Assembly: GCA_965112635.1 (NCBI GenBank)
Contig: OZ218778.1
Span: 437,807 to 501,806, forward strand
Reading direction: 5' to 3'
DNA from: an uncultured bacterium
GTDB lineage: Bacteria; Oederibacteriota; Oederibacteriia; Oederibacteriales; Oederibacteriaceae
Length of the DNA stretch: 64,000 nt
The number at the start of each line of letters is the position of its first letter. The stretch's first letter is position 1. Of the stretch, positions 40,621 through 48,458 are shown piece after piece. The notes under the pieces were generated by a model. The model was not told where the DNA came from. It made no database searches and worked only from the letters and a program-made list of their open reading frames with translations. The position numbers were made by a program, and so were the translations under genes.

Positions 40621-42066
40621 CTACCTGGTTCTCCCCGAAAAGAAAGATGGAACGATGTACTTGAGACTTTTCAATCCGAAAACGATGGTTTCCCACCAAC
40701 CGCGGTTCTCCACCCTGATATAGACGTAGCCATACATGATGGCGAACCAGAGCCGGAATAGCGGATTGGGCGGCAGATGGATCAATTTTTTTATGATCGG
40801 GAACGACCACGGGATAAGGACCGCGGTCTGAAAAAAATATTGGAGGTTCTCCACTTCCCTGGCATGAGGAAGTTTGAGCGGGGTGCCGGCATGGTAGGTT
40901 CCAATCACATCGTCCGGCCCGTAATTGGGATCAAGAAGTCCCTGTCTTTTGCTCTGCTCAGCCAGCTCAGTCCCCGGGTATGGGATGAAGACCGCGATCT
41001 GCGGGTAATCCGTGCCTATCTTGATATTGATCTCCACGGTCTCCAGGGCTTGTTCCAAAGTCTCATCCGGCAGTCCCACCATGTTGAAAGTCCGGAAGAT
41101 GATATGGTTCTCCTTGAGATAACCCGCTACCCGAATGATCTGTTCATCGGTCACGCCCTTACGCAAGAGACCGTTGCGGAGTTTCTCATTACCGGTCTCC
41201 AGACCGAACAATGCGCTCCTGCATCCAGCCCTGGCGATCATCTTGACAGTTTCCTCGTCCGTCAAATCCGCCCGGATCAGACAGGTGAAAGGGATTTTAA
41301 TTTCTTTTTCGTATATTTCGGTCAGCTCTCTGATCCATTGCTTGTTCATGATGAAAGTGTCGTCAATGAAAAAAACATTTTTAGTCCTTATCCTTGAGGT
41401 GACCTCATGGACCTCGTCCATGAGGTTCCGGGGAGATCGGAAACGGACAGGTTTGCCTTTGCCCCTGTAAAGATCGTTATAGACATGATTGAAACAGAAT
41501 GTGCAGTTGAAAGGACATCCCCTGCCTGCCCTGAAAACCTGTGTCTGCGTGTTCAGGACTTTCGGGTAACGACCGTAAAGTTCTCTCCAGGGAAATGGGA
41601 GCGAATCCATATCCGCTACGAGAGGCCTCACATCGTTCTTTACGATCTCTCCGTTCTTTTTTTTGACCCAAAAATTCGCGATAGCGTCCAGGGGTTTGCC
41701 TTTATCAATGGCTTCAGCCAGCTCCACGATGGCGTTATCGGCTTCGCCCCGGCAGATGATGTCCAAACCCTCCTTTTCGATCACCTCAGGAACGAAGGTT
41801 GGATGAGCTCCACCCATGACAGTCAAGGCATCGGGAAATTCTTTCTTCAATTCCTTGGCCATATTCACAGCCCAGTAATGCCCGCCTGTCATGGCTGAAA
41901 AAGCCAGAACTTGAGGCTTCTCTTTCCTCAATATAGGGATGAAATCTCCTGGTTTCTCGCCGATCAAGGCATCCACCTGGTGCCCGTGCTTTTTCAGCAT
42001 GGCCGCCAAGTACATGGGCCCGAAGAACGGATATCCAATGTCTTGAAGAAAAATGAATTTTGCCAT
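40621..42066 (-). CDS. Cobalamin-binding radical SAM enzyme (class B radical SAM; probable methyltransferase or other radical tailoring enzyme)
   Basis: An N-terminal B12-binding Rossmann-like domain, then the radical SAM CxxxCxxC cluster (GRGCPFNCTFC) and a downstream TIM-barrel region; 481 aa. Confidence 0.85.
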   Translation of the reverse strand: MAKFIFLQDIGYPFFGPMYLAAMLKKHGHQVDALIGEKPGDFIPILRKEKPQVLAFSAMTGGHYWAVNMAKELKKEFPDALTVMGGAHPTFVPEVIEKEGLDIICRGEADNAIVELAEAIDKGKPLDAIANFWVKKKNGEIVKNDVRPLVADMDSLPFPWRELYGRYPKVLNTQTQVFRAGRGCPFNCTFCFNHVYNDLYRGKGKPVRFRSPRNLMDEVHEVTSRIRTKNVFFIDDTFIMNKQWIRELTEIYEKEIKIPFTCLIRADLTDEETVKMIARAGCRSALFGLETGNEKLRNGLLRKGVTDEQIIRVAGYLKENHIIFRTFNMVGLPDETLEQALETVEINIKIGTDYPQIAVFIPYPGTELAEQSKRQGLLDPNYGPDDVIGTYHAGTPLKLPHAREVENLQYFFQTAVLIPWSFPIIKKLIHLPPNPLFRLWFAIMYGYVYIRVENRGWWETIVFGLKSLKYIVPSFFSGRTR

Positions 42067-42140
42067 CTAAACTCCGATCGTTTTTTCTTACCGGGACGCC
42101 CGTGGGGGACCCGCTTTGGGGCACTGACTTAACAGCTTTT

Positions 42141-43118
42141 CTAGCCTTTGCCCTGCACCAGGGCCAGGTCCGCGTCCACCATCATGGTCACCAATTCCTT
42201 CAATTTAACCTTTGGCTTCCAGCCCAGGATCTTCCTGGCCTTGGAATAATCGCCCTGCAACAGGTTGACCTCGGCGGGCCTGTAAAAATCCTTGTCCACC
42301 TTGACGTATTTTTTCCAGTCCAGGCCCGCATGGCCGAAAGCAAGCTGGACAAACTCCCTGACGCTGTGCGTTTCTCCGGTGGCGATCACATAATCATCCG
42401 GCTTGCTCTGGTGCAGCATCAGCCACATGGCCTCGATGTAATCCCTGGAAAAACCCCAGTCCCGTTTCGCTTCCAGGTTGCCCAGCCTCAGCTCACGGGC
42501 CAGCCCGCATTTGATCTGCGCGACCGCGTGGGTGATCTTGCGCGTCACGAACTCAAAACCTCTCCGGGGAGATTCGTGGTTGAACAGGATGCCGCTGCAG
42601 CAGAACATGCCGTAACCTTCCCGGTAATTGCGGGTCAGATCAAAACCAGCGACCTTGGATATGCCGTAGGGAGACCGGGGATGGAACGGGGTATCCTCGT
42701 TCTGGGGAATCTCCCTGGCTTTGCCGAACATTTCACTGGAGGCGGCAAAATAAAACTTGCACTTCGGAGCCGATTCCCTGATGGCGGTAAGAATATGATG
42801 GGTGCCGTTGATGTTCGTATTGAGGGTGGAGAACTCGTCCTCAAAGGAATAGCTCACGAAACTCTGGGCCGCCAGATGGTAGCATTCATCGGGCTTTATC
42901 TTGAGGATGACCTTGAACAGGCTGGGGAAGCTTTCCAGGGACCCGGCATGCAGGGTGATCTTGTTTAAAATATGCCTAATTCTCCACATCTGGTGTTCCG
43001 GGTCTTCCAAAGCGACCCGCCTGACGATCCCATGGACCTGGTAACCTTTTTTAAGCAAGAATTCTGATAAATAAGAGCCGTCCTGGCCGTCAATTCCCGT
43101 GATCAGAGCCTTTTTCAT
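42141..43118 (-). CDS. gmd: GDP-mannose 4,6-dehydratase
   Basis: ITGIDGQDGSYL..., YHLAAQS, SSEMFG and YGISK give near-canonical Gmd conservation over the full length. Confidence 0.9.
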   Translation of the reverse strand: MKKALITGIDGQDGSYLSEFLLKKGYQVHGIVRRVALEDPEHQMWRIRHILNKITLHAGSLESFPSLFKVILKIKPDECYHLAAQSFVSYSFEDEFSTLNTNINGTHHILTAIRESAPKCKFYFAASSEMFGKAREIPQNEDTPFHPRSPYGISKVAGFDLTRNYREGYGMFCCSGILFNHESPRRGFEFVTRKITHAVAQIKCGLARELRLGNLEAKRDWGFSRDYIEAMWLMLHQSKPDDYVIATGETHSVREFVQLAFGHAGLDWKKYVKVDKDFYRPAEVNLLQGDYSKARKILGWKPKVKLKELVTMMVDADLALVQGKG

Positions 43119-43164
43119 ATCTTCTCAGTTCCCCTCCCCGTAAGTTTTGCTGGTCTGTGCGCGA

Positions 43165-43225
43165 TCTTTAAAAACTAGAATTACATTTTAGCCTGTTTTG
43201 AGGGTATAAACTACCCCAAACCTGC
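43165..43225 (+). repeat. Copy 1 of a ~60-bp dispersed repeat with core ttttagcctgttttgRgggNRtaaactaccccaaac
   Basis: Compared directly with 46100-46165; the core contains a conserved hairpin (ttggggg...ccccaa). Confidence 0.5.
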
Positions 43226-43316
43226 ACTTTTGCCACGGTACCCACTAAGATTTTTAGATAGAGATGTGATAAAATTTGTTCAATTGTACTAAAACAAACT
43301 TGGATATTGCTAGGAG

Positions 43317-43628
43317 ATGGGAAAAATGCCTGTTCAAATTACCGTTGACGACAAAAAAATAGCCGATTTCTGCGTGCGGAACCATATCAGGAAACTATCC
43401 TTTTTCGGATCGGTGTTGGAGGAAAAATTCAGGCCGGACAGCGATATTGACGTTTTGTTGGAATTCGATACCCAATATCCTGTTGGTTTCAGGATCATTG
43501 ACATGGAAGAAGAGCTTTCCCGTCTGTTGGACGGCCACAGGGTGGATATTGTAAATGCTAAATACCTTAATCCCCGCATGAGGAACAATGTGTTGGCCGG
43601 GGCGGAAATGCACTATGCCCAGGGATGA
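43317..43628 (+). CDS. Minimal nucleotidyltransferase (MNT) antitoxin of a HepT/MNT module
   Basis: Pol-beta-type NTase motif GS...DSDIDVLLEF. Confidence 0.8.
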   Translation: MGKMPVQITVDDKKIADFCVRNHIRKLSFFGSVLEEKFRPDSDIDVLLEFDTQYPVGFRIIDMEEELSRLLDGHRVDIVNAKYLNPRMRNNVLAGAEMHYAQG

Positions 43629-43953
43629 AATGATTTATCTGGGGCATATGCTGGATATGACCCAAAAGGCGGTTGATTCGCTAAGAGGAAAATCCCGTGC
43701 CGATTATGATGGGGATGAAATTCTAAGACTGGCCTTGGCTCACCTGGTGCAGACCATCGGAGAAGCAGCTTCCCACGTGTCAAAAGATACTCACGCGAAA
43801 TACCCCAATATCCCATGGAAAAAAATTATCGGGATGCGGCACAAAGTCGTTCACGACTATATGTATGTGGATTATGACATCCTGTGGGACGTTGTTTCCA
43901 TTGAGCTTCCCGCCATTATTCCTCAACTCAAAAAAACATTGGGCATTAATTAA
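43615..43953 (+). CDS. HepT-like (DUF86) toxin, HEPN RNase
   Basis: Overlaps the MNT gene by 14 nt. DUF86/HepT conservation includes an Rx4HxY-type motif (RHKVVHDY). Confidence 0.8.
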   Translation: MPRDEMIYLGHMLDMTQKAVDSLRGKSRADYDGDEILRLALAHLVQTIGEAASHVSKDTHAKYPNIPWKKIIGMRHKVVHDYMYVDYDILWDVVSIELPAIIPQLKKTLGIN

Positions 43954-43984
43954 GCGCTGCGGCACTGTGCCGCCTCCGTGTCAT

Positions 43985-44013
43985 GCCGAGGCCAGCTGAA
44001 GGCTGGCCTCGGC
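43985..44013. terminator. Perfect 12-bp stem hairpin (gccgaggccagc-tgaa-gctggcctcggc) between the convergent HepT and GMC genes
   Basis: Inverted repeat read directly from the sequence, lying between two convergent genes. Confidence 0.5.
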
Positions 44014-44025
44014 AATCAACCCCTT

Positions 44026-45633
44026 TTAAATGCCAGATTGCTTCGTCCTCAGCCCTTTGACCGCCTGGTCCGCGATACGCATGGCTATGGCCATGATGGC
44101 GAAAGACAGGTTCTTGGCTGGAAGCACCGGAAATACTCCGGCATCAGCCACATAAACATTTTTGGTGCAAGCCAGTTTGCCATCGGCTTCGGTCCGGTAA
44201 ATGAGGTTCGGGTCATTGCTCATAGCTAAAGTCCCGGCGTAATGGATGCCGTTCCCCGGTGAGGGGTACTGGACCAGGGAACTGTGGGACAAAAACCCCG
44301 CCTTGCGGAAAAGTTTGATGAGATGCTCCTCTACCTTCCCCACTTGGGGCGGCCGGCTATAGAATACCGAGAGCGCCCCATTGGGTTCTAATTTTAAATA
44401 ATTGTCCGGGTTGGGCTCATCCTGGTAAAAAAGCTGCAGCACTGAAATAGCGGGAAGCACATATTTGCTGGCCATCAGGTTGCCCCGCCCAGCCAGGGGC
44501 AGGTCCCGGAATATATCCGAAGCCAGGGGCGAACTGATCCCGAAATAGCTGGCCTGCACATAGCTGTCCCACAGGGGGCCCTCATAAACCGCGTTGAGCT
44601 GGACCAACCCTGTGCTTTGTTCTTCTATCGGGTATCCCAGAAACCGCGGATGCAAAAACGGGATCAGGCTGATCTGGTTTTCCAGCAAAGGCAAATGTGT
44701 TTTAAAGTCGTTGTAGGACTGCAAAACGATCCTGGCGCTGTTGAGCGTGCCTGCGCCCAGGATCAATTTTTTCGCCTCAAATCGTTCCTCGGTCCCTTTC
44801 CTGAGATTTTTGACCGATACTGCGACCCCGTCGTCCGTGTCTTCGAATTTTTCCACCAGGCACTGGTCCGCATATTCTATCTTTTTATCGGCTATCAATT
44901 TTTTCATGGTCATGGCCGGAGAGTATATATATGGTAGGTCTGCCTGCCAAAAAGTAAGATTGTCGTAGTTGCAGGCAGGCCGGTCTGGGAGCGGTTCGCT
45001 GAGCAGACAAACTCTGGAATGGCCCAGAGTAAATCCGTTCCTGCGGAAACAGGATTTTTTAGCCTGGTATTTTTGCAGCAGATGAGCGGACAAGGTATCC
45101 AACCTTAAAGGTTTTTGCAGTCCTGTCCCCGGCCCCAAATGGCCGGCCATGTCATCCACGGCTCCGCTGACCCCTACTTCCCGGGTCAGAATATCGAAGT
45201 AAGGCTCCAGATCTTTGCCTTTAAAAGGGAACTGCTTGAGATCCTTGTCCAGGTAGCGGTAAACTCCCCCGCCCCAGGCATTGGCCAGGCCTCCCAGAGC
45301 AAAACTTTGTACCGGGTCAAACCCCTGTTTGTTGAGTGGAGCCAGCTCTGTGGTCCGGTCTATGACATATCGGAAACGCGGAGCTTTGAGTTTGGAGGTC
45401 ATATAGCTGTGATGCAGGTTATGCAGAGACTCGTACTGCGGCCCGAGCAGGTATTGCCTTTGGTTCTCGTCCTTTTCCCTGAGCTCAAAAATATTTTTGG
45501 ACAGCACCGGTTCTGGCCCGGGTTTTATGCCCACATCCAGGACCAAGGGCTTGAACCCTCTTTGGACCGCCTGGTAAGCTGCCCAGGCTCCGCTGCACCC
45601 TGAACCCACAATGATCAAATCATGAATGGGCAT
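44026..45633 (-). CDS. GMC-family FAD-dependent oxidoreductase
   Basis: N-terminal DLIIVGSGCSGAW (FAD-binding) and a C-terminal GMC active-site region (YVADAGVFP). Confidence 0.8.
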   Translation of the reverse strand: MPIHDLIIVGSGCSGAWAAYQAVQRGFKPLVLDVGIKPGPEPVLSKNIFELREKDENQRQYLLGPQYESLHNLHHSYMTSKLKAPRFRYVIDRTTELAPLNKQGFDPVQSFALGGLANAWGGGVYRYLDKDLKQFPFKGKDLEPYFDILTREVGVSGAVDDMAGHLGPGTGLQKPLRLDTLSAHLLQKYQAKKSCFRRNGFTLGHSRVCLLSEPLPDRPACNYDNLTFWQADLPYIYSPAMTMKKLIADKKIEYADQCLVEKFEDTDDGVAVSVKNLRKGTEERFEAKKLILGAGTLNSARIVLQSYNDFKTHLPLLENQISLIPFLHPRFLGYPIEEQSTGLVQLNAVYEGPLWDSYVQASYFGISSPLASDIFRDLPLAGRGNLMASKYVLPAISVLQLFYQDEPNPDNYLKLEPNGALSVFYSRPPQVGKVEEHLIKLFRKAGFLSHSSLVQYPSPGNGIHYAGTLAMSNDPNLIYRTEADGKLACTKNVYVADAGVFPVLPAKNLSFAIMAIAMRIADQAVKGLRTKQSGI

Positions 45634-46075
45634 GGATTAGCTCCCGGAAAAGCTTGGTCTTTAATAACATAGTTCCCTTGGTCACCTTGTAAGCCGACCG
45701 GACACCCTGATACGCCATCACCAGACAAGCCTTGAACCATGATTTCCTGCGGTTCACGAACAAATGAAAATACCTGCGGTCCGTCTCCACCAAATAGAAC
45801 AGTATTTGCATTTTTTTGGACAAAGGATTATTTTTATCGCGAACGCGCCAAGCGTACTCCACAGCTTCCAAGTCATAATATTTTTCCACTGCCCGGGCCA
45901 GCCGGGTTTGCCACAAGGAAATCTCTGCATCCGTAAAAACAATGCGGTGGGCTTCCTGATAAGCTCGGACTATGCTCGCGTCAGGCTTAAATCCAAAAAC
46001 CTCCTGGCACAGCCATCCACATTCTTTCTCTAAAATAATCCCCATCTCATTTTCCCCGTTTGTCTTATCCGGCAT
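45620..46075 (-). CDS. Hypothetical protein (about 150 aa); overlaps the GMC start codon region
   Basis: ORF only, with no recognisable motifs. The start is uncertain (ATG at 46075 has a good RBS; the track uses TTG at 46120). Confidence 0.4.
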   Translation of the reverse strand: MPDKTNGENEMGIILEKECGWLCQEVFGFKPDASIVRAYQEAHRIVFTDAEISLWQTRLARAVEKYYDLEAVEYAWRVRDKNNPLSKKMQILFYLVETDRRYFHLFVNRRKSWFKACLVMAYQGVRSAYKVTKGTMLLKTKLFRELIHAHS

Positions 46076-46099
46076 ATCTTTCCCTTTTTCCTTGCAGAC

Positions 46100-46165
46100 T
46101 CTTAAAAACATGAAAAACAAAACCTTATTTTAGCCTGTTTTGGGGGCGTAAACTACCCCAAACAC
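46100..46165 (+). repeat. Copy 2 of the ~60-bp dispersed repeat (see 43165-43225)
   Basis: cttaaaaac...ttttagcctgttttgggggcgtaaactaccccaaac, in the same orientation as copy 1. Confidence 0.5.
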
Positions 46166-46359
46166 ACCACTTCCAGGGGCTAATTTATCAAGGGTTCCAG
46201 GGGAGTTTCAATAGGGGATGGGGGGGAGGCGGGATGTCAAATGTCAGACCTGCCCTCCGTAGTGTTTTAAAGGGGGGACGCGACCCCGGGTGTTCTCTCA
46301 GCACCCCCTTGTGGGGTGGTTCTAGAACTACCGAACTAGCGTCTCCGATGCAATGGCCG

Positions 46360-47076
46360 CTACCTAGAGTTTTGTGGTATGCCCTGATTAGCGGGAGCTG
46401 GTGGTCTTAACTGGGGACCATTAAGAACAGCATCCACAAACCGATTCCTTGTTAAAGCGACAATAATTGCATTTCCATCCTTACGGTCAGGATGCAATTG
46501 CCAGAGAACATTTCGCTTTTGATCCTGGTCATACTTTAATACAAACCCCAGAAAATCGAAAAACACCGACACTCGGCTATTGAGCCAGGCGACAGGAAGG
46601 CATTTTTCAGGATTGGGAACTAAGTAATAATCAATCTTGTTTGTGCGTTTAAAACTACCAAAACCCTTTTGAAAACGAGGATAGTCTCTCTTTAGCCGCG
46701 TCCCATCAACAACCCATGCCATTTTTCCATAGAAAGCCTCACGGCTTTGCACCTCACTAGCCTTGATCGCAGAATGCTGAAATTCTATTACGAACCCATT
46801 CTTAGCCTTTATATCTGCAATATGTTTTTCTCCAGTTGTATCTGTATGGATTACCTCCTGCCAATTATCAGGAAAATGTTCTTTCCATTTTCTGTGCCAC
46901 TCTGTTTCATTTTCCCACCAATGATCACAGTCTGCGGTTCTTTTGTGAGCCCAATGCCAGACCTTTACCAGCCCGCACTTGGCGATCATTTCACTTTCGC
47001 AATATCTGCAAGTACCCCGCAGCCCTCGCTGAGCCTCTACCTTGTTTCCATTTACCTTAGCAAATTTCATATTCAT
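46360..47076 (-). CDS. CoiA-like family protein (competence protein CoiA-like; predicted Zn-finger plus nuclease-fold domain)
   Basis: CRYCESEM...C Zn-ribbon, then HWAHKR...H...E...DIKAKNGFVIEFQHSAI, which matches the CoiA-like domain pattern (HFAH...iEfQ.S). First gene of the AT-rich island. Confidence 0.6.
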   Translation of the reverse strand: MNMKFAKVNGNKVEAQRGLRGTCRYCESEMIAKCGLVKVWHWAHKRTADCDHWWENETEWHRKWKEHFPDNWQEVIHTDTTGEKHIADIKAKNGFVIEFQHSAIKASEVQSREAFYGKMAWVVDGTRLKRDYPRFQKGFGSFKRTNKIDYYLVPNPEKCLPVAWLNSRVSVFFDFLGFVLKYDQDQKRNVLWQLHPDRKDGNAIIVALTRNRFVDAVLNGPQLRPPAPANQGIPQNSR

Positions 47077-47105
47077 TTCCTTTTAACACCAAAAATAAGT
47101 CTTAA

Positions 47106-47276
47106 TTACTTTTGCGAACCGTTTTTTTCTAATAATGAACGGATATTTTTTAAATGCTCTTCTATTTTATCTAACTTGAAATACCAAAGGACAATGCTTC
47201 GAAAAATATAAAACAATGAAATCATAATAGCCAAAACTATAATAAAAGCTACTAAGTAGGCCACCGCATCAACCAT
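47106..47276 (-). CDS. Small (56 aa) single-TM peptide with a perfect Shine-Dalgarno sequence; not in the ORF track because it is shorter than 60 aa
   Basis: GGAGGATTTT-ATG, then MVDAVAYLVAFIIVLAIMISLFYIFRSIVLWYFKLDKIEEHLKNIRSLLEKNGSQK, which has one strongly hydrophobic helix. Translated manually. Confidence 0.35.
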   Translation of the reverse strand: MVDAVAYLVAFIIVLAIMISLFYIFRSIVLWYFKLDKIEEHLKNIRSLLEKNGSQK

Positions 47277-47506
47277 AAAATCCTCCTTTAAAATAAAATC
47301 GAAACACCATTAAAACTACATATTGATTTTACGCCCACTGCTATTCCTGTCAAACATTTCACCCAAATATCTATTTCGGCGTTACGGCGATTGCCGAAAC
47401 GCCGAAGGAGATTTGGTAGCGATAAAAGAAGAGGAATTACTGGTTGGGAGTAAAAGGGTGGAAAGAGGCGACTGCTAGACCTTATAACTGAAGACCTGAC
47501 CCCCAT

Positions 47507-48451
47507 TTACAATAATTTTCCTTGGTTTTTATTAGCATATGCTAAATGCCGTAAGTTGTAGAATTGATCCTTTTTAAAATAAATATCCTGACTAATTATT
47601 TGTTTCTTGGATAATTTATTTTTAGGAAAGAAGGATAATCCATATTTTTTATAATACACACTTTTAAAATTAGATGCATTAAACTCCATAATCTGTATTG
47701 GTAATGAGTTTTGCAACATTTTCTCCGCACAGTTACATTTTCCTTGATGTTCCGAGGTATTATCCAATATCTGCCCAAAGGTCCCTGTAATTAAATCTAC
47801 GTACTGAATAATATGACTCTGTTCTTTATATAATGCTTCCTTCTCATGATCCGAATCCACTTCCAATATTTCATGGTTCTCAAATTTGATATGTTCATCA
47901 TTAATAAAAGCTTTAGTGCCAATCTCAAAAATTGGTTTAGTGTGAAAATTGTCCTCAGATTCTCTGGTTTTTGAATCAGAATAAATATTTTTTATTGTTA
48001 CCTTATCAAATCCAGCGGACTTATTTAGAAAAAACCATTTTAAAGCACCATATAATCCTATTTGGAAAAATCTATTATAGATTTTAAAATCCCTGGTTTG
48101 ATTATCATTCCATAAAGATTTATCCACTTTTGTCAAATCTACCCCAAAAAAATAAAAATAACTTGATTTCATATTTTGATTACAAAATAAATTTAACCAT
48201 CTATTTGCCAAATCATTCTGCGTCAGCGTATTGTTCAGCTTATGAAAATGCAATTCTTTGTTCCACGTGCTTTTTTCACGTTGCTGCAAAAGAGAACCAA
48301 CGAATTTGTCTTCTTTATCAAACGGTATAAATAAATAACCGTGATATAACCACGATTTCGATAATATTCTTTCATCATGAAAAACATTGCATTTAATTTC
48401 TTTATTTTGTACAGGAATATTAAAAAGATCCACATTCATTTCAGTAAGCAA
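47507..48451 (-). CDS. Hypothetical 314-aa protein, very AT-rich and Lys/Asn/Phe-rich; no recognisable domain
   Basis: A long uninterrupted ORF in the AT-rich island, immediately downstream of the HerA-like gene in the same orientation. Confidence 0.5.
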   Translation of the reverse strand: MLTEMNVDLFNIPVQNKEIKCNVFHDERILSKSWLYHGYLFIPFDKEDKFVGSLLQQREKSTWNKELHFHKLNNTLTQNDLANRWLNLFCNQNMKSSYFYFFGVDLTKVDKSLWNDNQTRDFKIYNRFFQIGLYGALKWFFLNKSAGFDKVTIKNIYSDSKTRESEDNFHTKPIFEIGTKAFINDEHIKFENHEILEVDSDHEKEALYKEQSHIIQYVDLITGTFGQILDNTSEHQGKCNCAEKMLQNSLPIQIMEFNASNFKSVYYKKYGLSFFPKNKLSKKQIISQDIYFKKDQFYNLRHLAYANKNQGKLL

Positions 48452-48458
48452 CCATGTT

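Noticed and set aside
46166-46359. Possible tRNA or tmRNA gene at the island boundary
   Set aside because: No GTTCRANYC T-loop, no acceptor stem/CCA-compatible cloverleaf and no anticodon arm could be found on either strand. It is kept only as a 'structured G-rich region' finding.
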